Below are positions 13,201 to 27,737 of a stretch of DNA of 50,075 nucleotides, piece after piece. How positions within the stretch are numbered: position 1 is the first letter of the stretch; each line of letters begins with the position of its first letter. This stretch comes from Sarea resinae (taxonomy: Eukaryota), in the NCBI GenBank assembly GCA_026026165.1, contig JAPEUD010000113.1, positions 1 to 50,075 of the forward strand, read 5' to 3'. Below the pieces are notes generated by a model. The model was not told where the DNA came from. It saw only the letters and a list, made by a program, of their open reading frames with translations, and did no database searches. A program made the translations under genes and the position numbers.

Positions 13201-15556
13201 TCGGATGGTAGATATTGTGCGATATCACGATCCAGATATCTTGACCGGGTACGAAGTCCATGGGTCCTCATGGGGCTACTTGATCGAACGAGCAAGGTGC
13301 AAATACGAATACAACCTCTGCGATGAGTTCTCGCGTATGAGGTCACAATCTCACGGACGGTTTGGAAAGGAGAACGATCGCTGGGGATTCAATCATACCT
13401 CAACTATTCGAGTGACGGGGCGTCATATGATCAATATCTGGCGGGCCATGCGTGGAGAGTTGAACTTGTTACAATATACGATGGAGAATGTCTGCTTTCA
13501 CCTCTTACATCGAAGGATACCTCATTACCCGTATCATGATCTTACAAGATGGTACAGCAGCCAGAAGCCGCGGGATCTCGCCAAAGTCATCGACTACTAC
13601 ATATCTCGAGTCCAACTCGATCTGGAAATCCTCGAACAGAATGAGCTGATCCCTAGGATCAGTGAACAGGCCCGCCTTTTAGGGGTCGATTTCTTCTCGG
13701 TGATGTCAAGGGGCTCTCAATTCAAGGTCGAATCTCTCATGTTTCGTATAGCTAAAGCAGAGAACTTTCTCCTGGTTTCTCCCAATCGGAAACAAGTTGG
13801 CCAGCAAAATGCTCTAGAATGCTTGCCTCTTGTCATGGAGCCCCAGAGCAACTTCTACAGCAGTCCTCTACTTGTCCTTGATTTCCAGTCACTGTATCCT
13901 AGCGTGATGATCGCTTACAATTACTGCTATTCCACGTTCCTAGGCCGAGTGGTCAGCTGGCGTGGGCAGAACAAGATGGGCTTTACCGATTTCAAAAGGG
14001 AACAGGGACTGCTTGAATTGTTGGGTGACCAAATCAACAGTAAGCCACCAGATATATTCAGTCAATGTCGTCACGCTAATATTGCAACAGTTGCCCCGAA
14101 TGGGATCATGTACGCCAAACCAGAAATCCGCAAGTCTCTGCTCGCAAAAATGTTGAGTGAAATTCTAGAGACAAGAGTCATGGTCAAGAGCGGGATGAAA
14201 CAGGACAAAGATGATAAAGCCTTGCAAAGATTACTCAACAACAGACAGCTGGCTCTCAAGCTCATCGCAAATGTCACCTACGGCTACACCTCTGCTTCTT
14301 TCTCCGGTCGAATGCCATGTTCAGAAATCGCAGACAGCATTGTCCAGACGGGCCGCGAAACGCTAGAAAAGGCCATTGCTCTAATTCATTCCGTGAAGAA
14401 GTGGAACGCCGAGGTTGTGTACGGAGACACCGATAGCTTGTTCGTCTACCTCAAGGGTCGGTCCAAGGATGAGGCTTTCGACATCGGCGAGGAAATAGCA
14501 AATACGGTCACGAAGATGAACCCACGGCCCGTGAAACTGAAGTTTGAAAAGGTCTACCTGCCCTGTGTCCTGATGGCGAAGAAGCGCTACGTCGGTTTCA
14601 AGTATGAGAATAGAAATCAGACAGAGCCCGACTTTGACGCCAAAGGCATTGAGACTGTCCGGCGAGATGGCACACCGGCTGAGCAAAAGATTGAGGAGAA
14701 GGCACTGAAGATCTTATTTCGGACGGCGGATCTCAGCCAGGTGAAGAGTTATGTTCAGGGGCAGTGCCGCAAGATCATGCAGGGTCGAGTTTCTATCCAA
14801 GATTTCTGCTTCGCCAAAGAAGTAAAGCTGGGTAGTTATAGCGACCGTGGCCTCCCGCCCCCTGGAGCCCTGATCAGTGCGAGGCGGATGCTGCAAGATC
14901 CGCGTGCAGAACCCCAGTATGGCGAGCGTGTCCCGTATGTTGTCATCACTGGAGCGCCTGGTGCCCGACTCATCGATCGTTGTGTGGCTCCGGAAACATT
15001 GCTGGAAAATGATCATAACGAACTAGACGCCGAGTACTACATCTCGAAGAATCTCATCCCACCTTTGGAACGCATATTCAACCTCGTTGGAGCCAACGTG
15101 CGTAGCTGGTATGACGAAATGCCAAAGTGGCAACGAATTCGGCGTGTCGAAGGTGCCGGAGGCGGTCCAGGCGGATCCAGCCATGGCAGGGACATGATCC
15201 TAGCGAAGAAGACGCTCGAGTCCTACATGAAGTCCTCGTCCTGCTTGGTCTGCAACGCCAAACTCGACGACCAGGAGCTCCCCATCTGTCGGAGCTGCTC
15301 TCAGAGAACAGACACATCCGTCCTGACGCTGCGGTCTCGCCTCCGTCAGGCCGAGAAGAAAGCCCTCGATTTGGAGAAGGTGTGTCGCTCGTGCAGCGGG
15401 CTGGCCTTTGGCGAGGACGTGCGATGCGATAGCAAAGATTGTCCGGTGCTCTATACGAGGAAGAGGCATATGGCGAGACTGGGCAGCATCCGAGCGATGA
15501 CGGAGCCTGTTGTCGGTCTCTTGGAAGCAAATGCAAACGGCCAATATGATTGGTAG
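10225..15556 (+). CDS. REV3: DNA polymerase zeta catalytic subunit (introns about 10463-10513 and 14040-14090)
   Basis: VIRVFG..CAHIHG..PYLY N-terminus; family-B motifs LDFQSLYPS, KLIANVTYGY, YGDTDS; C-terminal CysA/CysB motifs. Confidence 0.96.
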
Positions 15557-16274
15557 GGTTTGGAGAAAGGAGGCATTATCCTCTTTAGGAGTAAGGTATT
15601 GTTTCTGGGTTATTTGGAGATACCAGGTGGATTGGGCATGAAGACCCAGAAAAGCTGGGTCGTAGATAGCTAGCTACCTCTCGACGGGGTCCTAGACTAC
15701 AGCGGTATACCTGATGTATCATGATGCACTGTACCACACCGCTACACACAGCGAAGCCATCATTGACAATACCCGTCCGGAAGGCTCCACTGCGAGGAAG
15801 CATCTCATCTATCTAAGAGGAAGAATCGCTCACGCCTGCATAGTACTCCGAGTACAGTGTGCAGAGTCTGAAGTAGAGGCCGTCGAGATGATTAGCTGGC
15901 TGACTGGCAGAGACGTGCCATGGATCCAGCCATGGATCCATGAGTGTCGCGAGGATCGTAGTTGCCTAGCAGCAAGAGAGAGCAAGAGAGCCCTGGAGAG
16001 GGTTCGATCACGTGGGCTGGGCTCCTCCCGGCTACGGCGATCTTTGTTTGGCCATGACGCAGCACTCCAGCTCAACCACCTGCACCGACCACCGAATGGC
16101 TACGGCGAGTCATCCGACGCAAAGCAACATACCTGGCCAGACCACCACCAGCCTATTCAGGTCATTCATATCCTATCCGCGAGCAAGCCATGGCAGGGCG
16201 AGCGTTCTGTGCCTGTAGTTGAGGCAAATGGGACGACTCCGACCGACCTTCCTCCACAGCCTGCCTTCACCGTG

Positions 16275-19102
16275 ATGGCATCCTTCAAGGCATTCCTGGT
16301 CGTCTACTTCCTCGGCGGCCTCACCTTCATACCTCTTCTGTTCGCTGTTGTCTTGCTACACGCTTACCTCACGTTCCCGACATATCAGCCCCCTACCAAG
16401 TCTACTCCAGACGAGTTGAAGCAACCAGAGGATGATGAAGATGCCATTGAATCCGGGCCCCATCTGGAGGAGAAGTTCAAATTGACTTCACACGAACCTG
16501 ATGTTGCTGCTGGCTATTTCTCAGTATGTCGAGAGTGGGTTCCCGGCGGCGTCAACGGCAAACCGCCCGAGCGTACGACTCCGGCAGGATCAGTCGTTGC
16601 CACCGAGAGCCCGAGCGTTTATCAGAGCATGTACCGCAGTCTCTTCGATCGGAATAAAACGCCAGCGACAGACAATGGCCGAGGAGCGGGAAATCATGTG
16701 AAGAAGGGCCGTAACGTGTTCTTCGTGGTGTTGAGGTGCATACTCTTATCTGGAGATGGAAAGCTGGAGACTAATGTTCGTGCAGGCATGGTCATCTGAT
16801 GCTCTATGATGATTCGGAACAGATTGAAGTCAGGCATGTCATCTCGCTCGCGCATCATGATGTGGAACTGTATTCTGGCGGAGGCGATATACCCGAGGGA
16901 GAACTATGGATAAAGAGGAATGCAATCCGTTTATCCCGAAAGAACGCGGTCGGCGACCTCAATACTATGTCCAAACCTTTTTACCTGTTTTCCGACAACT
17001 GCTCCGACAAGGAGGACTTCTATTTCGCTTTGATCCAGAACCAAGACCGCAAAGCTCACGATCCCGAAAACTTACCTTTACCGCAGACGTTCGAAACCAA
17101 GCACCTCGTCGATCTCGTTAAACGCCTTCACTCTTCCGAGGAACAACTACAGACCAGATGGCTCAATGCGCTGGTAGGAAGGTTGTTTCTAGCCCTCTAT
17201 AAAACCTCCCAGGTAGAAAACTTCATTCGAACCAAGATCACCAAGAAGATCGCTCGCGTCAAAAAGCCAGCATTCTTGTCGGATATCGTAATTCGCAAGA
17301 TCGAGATGGGCGAGGGCGCGCCATATATCACCAACCCTCGATTGAAAGATTTGACCGTGGATGGAAATTGCTGTGTAGAAGCAGATATCGATTACACTGG
17401 CAACTTCAGACTAGAGATTGGAACCACAGCCCGTATCGAGCTCGGCTCTCGTTTCAAACCTAGGCAGGTGAATCTAGTCCTAGCGGTCGTGCTGAAAAGA
17501 CTCCGAGGGCACGCTCTTGTCCGTTTCAAACCCCCTCCGAGCAACCGAATTTGGTTGACCTTCGAGACAATCCCAACGATTGAGATGTCAGTCGAGCCTA
17601 TCGTGAGTTCGAGGCAGATAACATACGGTTTCATCCTTCGCGCAATTGAAAGTCGGATCAGAGAGGTCGTCGCTGAGACTCTCGTCCTACCGCATTGGGA
17701 TGACAGCCCTTTTACCAGCACTATCGGGCAGGCGTTTAGAGGAGGAATCTGGGCAAACGAACAGCCCCCAAGGCCCGCCGAGGATCCATTGACGCGTGCG
17801 GCGGAGTCTGGCGCCGCTAACGAAGTGGAGAAGGAGGAGTCTGACAATATTGGAGCGACGTTGAAGGACGCCCTCGCCAACAACGAGAAAACCGCAAGCA
17901 TGCCTACCTTGTCTTCGTCAGCTGGGTCGTCTGTAACGGCTAGAAAGCCAACCGCCTCGGCTGTCCCACCAGCCGAGACGAATGGTGCGGTCTCATCAGG
18001 AGTGCAGACCCATACCCCTCCAGCGATCCCTCCTCGGGCAATGAGATCTCATTCTTTTGCCACGGCTGCTACCCCTATTGTGAGCATGGATACGACTAGC
18101 GCAGGTGCGGTCAAAGACCAGGCAAGGGGTGATCAATCAAATGCAACTAGTGCGATGATTGCAATCAGGAACCGTTCACAGCCTGCTTCACCCATGGGAT
18201 CGCCAATGAGCTCACCTCCAAAGCCTGCATTGCTATCAGAAACTTCCAGGAATGCTAGTTATTCGTTTCCTCTCGCACAGGACGAGAGCTCTGCGGATGA
18301 GGTTGACACCCAGTCTTCTGGGCAGCTACCAGAGCAGAGCTCATTCTCATCAAGCCTTGCAAGCTTCAACGGTAGCTCTGGTGGATCCATCTCCACCCAC
18401 GGTCTTGACGGGTCGCACAACGTCCAAAATCATCTGACACCTGACACTGCTAGTATCGCGGAGAAGAGACGATCGCTGGCTTCCCTGGGCAGTGCAGCGA
18501 ACACAGCCAAAAAATGGGGATGGAATGTGCTCAACAGGAACACGAATCAAAGGGCAAACGCAGGCGACTGGGAGGAAGAAGAAAGAATGGGAACGCCCGA
18601 ACATCCTATTGGACGAGGTCGTCCTCTTCCACCTCCGGGGACTCCTCTTCCTCCCCCAGAGAAGAACGCTTCGAGAACCTCCATCAGAAGTCTGCCGAAA
18701 AGAAAGCCCGTTCCACCATCACGCAACGGCGAGAAGGCTAAAAGGCCTGTCCCGCCACCTCCTCTGCCTATACGAAAGGCTAGAAATGCCAGGGAAGCAG
18801 AGCGCGACAATTATCAAGGTATGCTTGTAGTTGAAGCCCCTCCAGAATCTGAGCCATCGAGTCCCATGTTCGGGTCTCCAAACGATTCGGGTGAAGCTCT
18901 CACGGTGGAGGATGCTCCCGCTTCCGATGCGGCATCAGCATCTACAAACTCGTCCGAAACACCAGAAGCCCATCCAGCCTCTGAGCTTGGTGCGGTACCA
19001 ACAGAAGCCGCAAACAGCTCTATACCAGTATGGGAGGCGGCTCAGGAGGAGGAAGAAAGAATAAAAAGCGCCTGGATCGATGCGGAGAATGAACACTTGT
19101 GA
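16275..19102 (+). CDS. NVJ2: TM-PH-SMP domain membrane-contact-site protein, Nvj2/TEX2-like (intron 16736-16786)
   Basis: N-terminal TM YFLGGLTFIPLL, PH segment FFVVLRHGHLMLYDD..DKEDFYFAL, SMP start TRWLNALVGRLFL, KPPPSNRIW; low-complexity S/P-rich tail. Confidence 0.8.
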
Positions 19103-20005
19103 AATCTTCCGTACATTATCATGATTGGCGTTGGTTTGAGCATCTGGAGCTGCATCTGGTTTTTTTGCATCCGAGACTTCGGCGCTGTTTAAAGGAGACA
19201 TTATTGCAGATCATGGGGTGGGTAGGTCGGATACAGGAAAGGAGACCTCGTTATGGCTTTGCTTGTTTGGCTTGAAAGGGCTTCAAGTCCTCGAACTCTG
19301 GTAGTCTCTCTTCGCGATATCAAAATTGAAAACCAGTGTTGCCAATGAGCCGGGCGGCCTTGTTAGTCAAGCCTTGGCTTGTTCTGAGTATTGGCGACAT
19401 GAGTGTTCGGATGCGTAGAAAGTTGTCGTGGTGAAGTAGAATGCAAAATAATAGTCCCAAATAATATAGCCTACAGATCTGACTATTGTTTTATTCTAAA
19501 TTCGCTGATAATCTCTGGTTGGGGTCGCACTTGGTCATTTATTAGAGAGCACTTAATCTATTCAAACTGTATTGGTGTTTGCTATTATTCCACCTAACGA
19601 ATTGATATAGGACAGAGACGTGGACGTTGACGTTGTTCGTTTGAGATGAGGACTGGAGGTCGGAGGACACCCTGGATGCCTACATGGGTGGCTGACGCGT
19701 GCTCGGCTGAGCTTAGCCACTTACCGAGCGGAAGCGCAAGGCAAAGAGGCAAAGTAAGATGAAGAGCAGGGAGCTATGCAGGCGGCAGCTACGTACTCCA
19801 TACAACTTCCAGATGCATGCATGGCATCTTCCGACATCTCAACACGGCCATTCCGCAACTCTCCTCGTGCTGCTTGTTTCACAGAGGCTCACAATCTCTC
19901 ACACATCAATCCCCTCACCTTATCTTTGAATTCGTCTCTGCATTACTCTTCGCCTGACCGTCTCTCCAAGACCTCATCCTAACCGCCTCCGAGGCATCAG
20001 GCAGA

Positions 20006-23000
20006 ATGTCTTACGGTTATGGGTCGCCAACAACGGCGCGCCATGTAGACCTGGGCAAGTAAGGCTGCCTCCAGTCAATCTCGAAGCTGGGGACTCTGAT
20101 CTTTAACTTCCGTCTCAGGTCTGAATCGGATCTGGCCATCAACATCCGGAAAGCTACAAGTATTGGTGAGCTGTTATATATGCCCACCTGAATCTAAAGG
20201 TTCAGGCCGCTAACAGCCCATACGTGCAGAGGAAACGGCTCCCAAGCGTGAGAGATTCATTGATAGGACTTTGAGAGCTTGTGGAGTATTAACAGGAGAC
20301 AGGCAAACATGTTCGCAGCTGCATCGTCTACTCCTGGGATCACAAGACGTCACAGTCCTTCTGGGCTGGCATGAAAGTGTGAGTAATCTTGAGCTGACCC
20401 CAAAGGACTCAAAGACCCAATTCATAGGGCATAAAACTCACTATCCACTCTGTAACAGGCAACCCATCCTAGCTGACGAAATTCAAACCTTCAAGGCCTT
20501 AATCACAATTCATAAGGTCTTACAGGAGGGCCATCCAATCACAATCAGAGAGGCGCAAGCGAACGTCAATTGGCTGGAGAGTCTCACCAGAGGGGTCAGT
20601 GGCGATGGGATAAGAGGTGCGCGAACCAGACGACAGCCCACGGAAATGCGTTTGGAAGGCTGGGCAGCTGTGGATGCTGACTCCGCGAACAGGCTATGGA
20701 CAACTTATACGGGAATATGTCTACTTTTTGCTGGCCAAATTGGCATTTCATCGCCAGCATCCGGAATTTAATGGTTTGTCCCCATGTCTTCGAGCGGTGT
20801 TGTGACTTTGCTGATATCTCCCTTAGGGACATTCGAGTATGAGGAGTACATAAGCTTGAAATCCATCAACGATCCAAATGAAGGGTAAGGCAACTTTGGA
20901 ATAGATATTCTTCCCCTTCCGGTCATACTTAACTCATCTCAACTTTCTAGTTACGAGACTATCTCGGACCTTATGACCCTTCAGGACCAAATCGACTCCT
21001 TCCAAAAACTCATATTTGCGCATTTCCGAAGCGGTACGAACAATGAATGCCGAATATCTGCTTTGGTGCCTTTGGTGCAGGAGAGCTATGGAATTTATAA
21101 ATTCATCACTAGCATGTTACGGGCCATGCACACGAGTACGTCTCCTATTACCTATACCTTGAATCAGTGCTGACCTTGAGCAGCAACGGGAGACGATGGT
21201 GCGTTGGAACCGCTTCGGTCTCGCTACGATGCTCAGCATTATCGACTCGTTCGATTTTACTACGAGTGCTCCAATCTCAGATACCTTACAAGTCTTATCA
21301 CCGTTCCCAAACTGCCCCAGGACCCGCCAAACCTCCTTTCAGAGGACGAAGACAAGCCAGCGTTGCCGCGTCGGCCAACGCGTGAATTAGACCCTACTCC
21401 AGTTCCGCGGACGGCTTCTGCCATTGATCCGGAGCCAATAAACGAATTCTGGAAAAATGAGCAGCGACGGCAGCAGGACGAGTACGAGGAGGAGCAAAAG
21501 CGATTGCGGGAGCAATGGGAGGCGGCGCAGTACCAGCAGCAGCTGCAATCGCAACAAGCCCAACGGGAATTCGAGGAGCAGCAACGACTCCAGGCCGAGC
21601 AGCAGCGACTGGCGCAAGAGCAGCTCATGCGTGACCAGTTCCAGCAGCAGACGCAAGGGCGAATGGCAGAACTTGAACAGGAGAACTTGAACGCTCGTGC
21701 TCAATATGAGCGCGATCAGTTGATGCTGGAGCAGTACGACAAGAGAATGAAGGCTCTGGAGACCGAGCTGAACCAGCTTAACTCCACGTTCCAACAACAA
21801 ACAAGCTCCAAGGATGATCAAATCCGAGCATTGCAAGGTCCGTTGACCTTTCTCTGTGGGAGCTCATATACTGATATGACGTAGAGCAAATCAACACCTG
21901 GCGGACAAAGTATGAAGCTCTAGCCAAGCTCTACTCGCAATTGCGGCACGAGCATCTTGAGCTTCTGCAAAAGTTCAAGAGTGTGCAGCTCAAGGCCGCT
22001 TCTGCCCAAGAGGCAATCGACAAGCGGGAGAAATTAGAGCGGGAGATAAAGACGAAGAACCTCGAACTGGCGGATATGATCCGTGAGAGGGACAGGGCAC
22101 TTCATGAGAAGGACAGGGTCTCTGGAGTAAGTAGACCCAATAAGGCTTCGAATGGCTTTACTAACGTCTGATTAGGGCAATAAGGAGGAAGTCGAGAAGC
22201 TCAAGCGCGAACTCCGTTTTGCGCTTGAGAAGGCTGATAATGCTGAACGTGCGAAAGGATCAGAATTGTCATCGATGCTTTCCAAATACAATAGAGAGAT
22301 GGCGGACCTGGAGGAGGCCTTACGGGTATTCCTTGAGCTAGTCCTGGTTCTGAAGTTGGCATGACACTAATTCTGTAACAGAATAAGACACGTGCTTTAG
22401 AAGATATTCAATCGAGGTATGGCGAGCACGATTCAGATCTCGAGCGGACGCTGCGCGAGAAGGAAGAGGAGCTTGAGATATTCAAGGCTGGCATGGATGA
22501 GACTCTGGTGCAGCTGAATGAACTCAAAATGGTAAGTTCCGAGACCTTCGTGCTTGTATGTCTCTAAAAATAAGCAGTCGCAGCAGGATCAGGACCACGT
22601 TCTCGATGGCCAGATCGATACATTGGTCTTAGACAACATCAGGAAAATTAATGATATCATTGGTAATTAGAAAGAATCTTTACTCTTTGGAGCATGGCTG
22701 ACTGTTGCAGACTCTGTTCTTCAGAGCGGCGTACAAAGAGTGGACGATGCGCTTTACGAGCTCGACTCGTCTATGCAGGCCGGCAACCAGAATGCCTCTC
22801 CGGCTTACGTGCTTTCGCAGATTGAAAAGGCCTCGTCGAGTGCTATGGAGTTTTCCACTGCTTTCAACAACTTCATTGCCGATGGACCCAATAGTACTCA
22901 TGCTGAGATTATCCGCACTGTCGCGGTTTTTGCCGGGTCGATTGCAGACGTTCTAAGCAATACAAAGGGTCTTACGCGGTTCGCTACCGATGACAAGAAA

Positions 23001-24027
23001 GCAGACCAGCTTGTCAATACTGCTCGACAATCGGCAGTCTCCACCGTCACCTTCTTCAGGGGTCTTCTGTCCTTCCGACTTGAAGGACTTGAGCCATTGC
23101 AGAAGACCGACATGGTTATCAACAGCAACAACGACGTGCAGATTAATTTGCAGAAGTTATCGAAGTTAGCGGATGCCTTTGCGCCGAAGAACAAGATCAC
23201 AAACGCTAGTGGCGATCTGGGGGATCTCGTTGACAGGGAAATGACCAGTGCAGCTGCTGCGATTGAGGCGGCCACGGAGAGATTGACGAAGCTGATGAAC
23301 AAGCCGAGGGACGCTTACTCGACTTACGAATTGAAGATTCACGAGTATGTCTTCCCCTTGTTTCTTGCTATCATACTGACTAGCTTTCTAGTTCGATCCT
23401 GGAAGCCGCAATCGCTGTCACCAACGCGATTGCCCAGCTTATCAAAGCAGCCACCATCTCCCAGCAGGAGATCGTCAAAGAGGGACGCGGAAGCTCTTCG
23501 CGCACGGCTTTCTACAAGAAGCACAACCGCTGGACTGAAGGACTCATCAGTGCCGCCAAGGCCGTGGCAACCTCGACGAACATGCTCATTGAAACGGCCG
23601 ACGGCGTCATTAGCGGTCGCAATAGCCCAGAGCAGCTGATTGTTGCCAGTAACGATGTTGCAGCTAGCACCGCCCAGCTTGTGGCCGCAAGCCGAGTGAA
23701 GGCCACATTCATGAGCAAGACACAAGACCGCCTCGAGAATGCTAGCAAGGCGGTCACAAATGCCTGCCGGTCGTTGGTCAGACAGGTGCAGGATATCATC
23801 AGTCAGAGGAATAGGGATGAGAATGAGGTTGTCGACTACACCAAGCTGAGTGCGCACGAGTTCAAGGTCCAGGAGATGGAGCAACAGGTTAGTATCGAAT
23901 GTCATTATAAAATGAAGAGAAGCACTGACGGAAGGCAATCTAGGTCGAGATCCTCCAGCTACAGAACAACCTTGATCAGGCCCGCCACAGATTGGGAGAG
24001 ATGCGGAAGGTATCTTATCAAGAATAA
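20006..24027 (+). CDS. SLA2: Endocytic adaptor Sla2/End4 (ANTH, coiled coil, I/LWEQ), many short introns
   Basis: KATSIEETAPKRKHVRSCIVY, KALITIHKVLQEGHP, FYKKHNRWTEGLISAAKAVA, VAASTAQLVAASRVKA, EMEQQVEIL. Confidence 0.95.
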
Positions 24028-24577
24028 TCGTCAACCGGTTCTTTGTAAGCAGCATTGTATGTACTTGGAATATTCTGGACTGTCATGGCAGGCCGAAATG
24101 GAGGAAGAATTTTTGCATTGCCAATATCAATTGAAGCTTAAGAGAGTGATGCTACCTGATAGTCTATATGGTGGCAGGTGAATGGGGTTTACTCTATCAA
24201 TGCCTGTAGATCTTCTGATAAATTGTAGACTTGAATTGAGCGTTCCGTATCACATACGATATAATCAGAGGAGTTTAGAAATTACTCAAAACAATTTTCA
24301 AGATAGTAGGATAGACAATAAGATCACTTCTTTTATTCTTTCAGCGGTTGCTGACCTGAGCGTAAATACCTGAGATCAGAGGATGGCCTTCACATGACCT
24401 CGTGCTATATGTATTCGCCTGTTGGACGCGAATACATTGCCGAGACACGTCTTCCCGGGCAGCTTCTGTCTAGGCGATGTCCATCATCATAGCGCAGCTG
24501 GGGGGCCATCAAGCCCCGCCACCATACTAACCTTCCACTCTGATAATCGAGTGAGAATGATTGCCTCTCAGGATTGA

Positions 24578-27314
24578 ATGATGTCTCGTTGTCTCACAGC
24601 TCCCAAGGTCGGCCTTTTGGCTCTTATTTGCATATACACCGACTCGGTCGTCCCGACCGCTTCTACCATCCCAATCCTTTCATTTATCGCATCGCATGTG
24701 ATCAATTTCGAGGCCGTCACTTCAGGCATTTCCGTAAAACGTGATTTCAAGGCTATACTCTCAATCGACGATTTCCAACGAGCGACTATCACACAGTCTT
24801 CGACGTTTGCTGGCCGCACGATCTGGGACTTGTTTCTGAGAAAGCTATGGGAAATCAATTCATTGGATGCCCTCCATGTGTTCTTCGACAACCTCGGCGC
24901 CCTTCTCGCAAAGACCGGAGAGGACTTACGGCGGGAAAGCGAGCAAGATGTAACGCCTGTTGAGGAAAAGATACTGCTTTCGCGGGCATCACCCTTAGGG
25001 ACCTTTGTCCGTCGCGCGCAAATGGACTTCACCCAGCTACAATTCCATGATGCTGTGGCATTGTGGAAGAGCTTCATTGTATACCGTTCATCGACCTTGG
25101 ACATGTGGCGAAGGAGAAACCCGTCAGCCGAAGGGTCGGGCTTGGACGTCAATCTTGAAGCTTCTATGCTTGACTGGGAAGATGATTTGACAAAGGTGGT
25201 TTACGGGGATTCACTGGATGAGCAAGGCATGCAAGGACTGGTCAGTTCAAATGATTATGAAAAGCTTTTGGAATTCCAGGTCGAAGAGATGCAGAGTGCG
25301 TGCTATCTCCAACCTTTGTATGCCCTTCAGCGATGCTGATTCTGAGCAGGACTGGGAAACCGAGTGCCTGTAGAAGTAAAGGAGCAATTCCGGAGGCTGA
25401 TGGAAGGCAATGTGAAAGTCCCTAGTCTGTCGCATTATGTCAGGTATGATAGTAGACGGCCGGAAGAAGGCTACAAGGGCTGGAATATAGCTAACCCTTT
25501 CTTACAGCTTCCTCGATGCATGGCGTTCCGGCGATTATCCTTCGTCTTTCGACAACCTCCATCGATACTTTGATTACACGATGCATCACCGCGATCGGAC
25601 ATTCTACCAATATGCTCTCCTGAACCTTGCTATCCTACAAGCCGACTTTGGCTGCTATAGCGAAGCCATTGCTGCCATGCAGGAGACAATATCGACTGCA
25701 AGGGAAAACAAAGACATGGGCTGCCTGAACTTTAGCTTGAGTTGGCTGTATCATTTTGGCAAAGCCCATCCGGGCCATATGAACGAGGTGGGCAAAGCGG
25801 GAGTTATGGGAGTCGAGCGGGAAGGCTTAGCCTTCTTGAAGGCAAAGGCAAAGGAAGCTGGCATGTGGAGTTTGCTCAGCACCTCGCTGTTGAGCGAGGC
25901 TAAGTTAGGTCTGAGTAATGTGAGTATACTCCTAACTTGTAATAGGTCTTCCAGAATGGCCGCTGACTGCAGATTGATTAGGGAGAGAGTGTTCCCCTTG
26001 CTCTCGAAAATATTACAAGAGCTTCGCACCTGAATATCACCAAGTCTATTACCAATGCCATGAGTGCACAGCTCCTATTGCAATCTTCTGTCTTTGGACG
26101 GCTTGGTAACTACGACCTTGCTCAAAGCGAACCTATCAATAAGCTGGACCTCGCTGACCATGACTAACAGGAATCACCCACATTGCTTGGTCATATTGCG
26201 AGATATTTCTCAACTGCTATGCCGCAAATGCACCCTTCGAGGAAGTTTTGAGGTGCAAATGCCGGAGCGCTTTCCTCGTAGGTCTAGCGCGAACAACGTA
26301 GGTTCTCAAAACTAACGCATCAATTTGTGCAGTTGTCTCAAAATGGTCACTATGATCAGGCCATGGCTCGAATGAAGGAGATTGATACGGAATCTCTTCG
26401 TGTGCTGAAGAACTATCAATATGTCACAATTTTCTCCGGCATTCTGAAACTAAAACGAGAGCTCCACAGGTTCGTACTTTCTCCAACGCCTCAAAGGATC
26501 CAAGATAACATTTTTAGAGATGATCTGATCGCCGCTGAGCATCTTCTGTCCAAACTGCTTTTTACACCGCCTTCGGATCCGGACATCGCCTTTTCTCTCT
26601 CGTTGCTAAAGATTGACTTTCTCATGCGCAAAGGTTCTGATAGCGCGGCACTGGGAACTCTCGAGGACCTTGCGACGAAGCTTAGCGACGAAGGTGCAGA
26701 CATCTACTGGCGGACTCGTCTGTTGAGTCTGAAGGCTTTACTACTGGCCAAATGCGGCCGGCCGCAAAAAGGCTTTTCCGTGGCACTGCGGGCTGCGAGC
26801 ATTGCTCATCGGGCAAGGCTTCTGCCTGCACTGTGGGAAGCTATAGGCGCTGTTGCCAACGTTTTGAATAGCTTAAACGAATTCGATGCTGCTTCGAAGC
26901 TCCTCTCGGCCGTGATGCCGCAGGCGCTCGAATGCGAAGATTGCGCTCTCGCTGCTCAGCTATATTCCTTCCTGGCGGACGCGAAAGTCGGCCTCGCCGG
27001 TCAGGCCAAGTCCAAGAGACCCGATTCGGAAGAATGGGAGATTTTGCTGAAAGATGCACTGGCCTCACTCGGTTCTGCAGCTATTGGTAAGTGCTATTCG
27101 TCTTCTTTTCTCTCTCTGCTATCTCTAGCGTAGAGACATCGGTGACGGCCCGACTGATAGGTGCGCAGAATACAGACGCGTGGAAGATGTCAGAGGTCAA
27201 TGCGAGATGCTGGCCAAGAAGTCGGTGGTTGCCCGGCAGCTGGACGATCTGAAGCTGTCGAATACGTATGCCCAGAGATATCTGGAGATCAAACGCGCCA
27301 AGAAGTGTGCCTGA
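24578..27314 (+). CDS. APC5: Anaphase-promoting complex subunit 5, multi-exon
   Basis: MSRCLTAPKVGLLALI, SPLGTFVRR, NLHRYFDYTMH..YQYALLNLAILQADFG..ARENKD..CL; canonical MAT-neighbour gene. Confidence 0.88.
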
Positions 27315-27737
27315 TTTGGATGTCCTCTGCTCGAGAGAGCGATGGCATCTTCATCTCCTTACTATATTGAGTCATGAAAGGATGGATGACTATCTGGCGT
27401 TTGGGGATGGCAACAAAGTGGTTGGGAGGGGCTTGTGTGTACGAGAATCGGGCAGCTTTACCTGTCCGACATATACTTGATCTTGACAGTAATGTTTTGA
27501 GCTTGACGAAAGCGTCGGATGGATAAGACAAAGGCATTGCGGTTAATCGACGCGAAAGAAATCCAAAGACAAGGATAGTATTGCTATTTGACACGGCGCA
27601 GGCTGGACGCAATCCTCCGCGACTCAACCATTCTAGGCTACCTGATCCTCTATTCACACATATACAGTTCTCTGCCCGCTGCTCAGCCGTGCCCAGTCAC
27701 GTGGCGAGCTCTTCAATTCAGCAGTCCGATGATTCCC

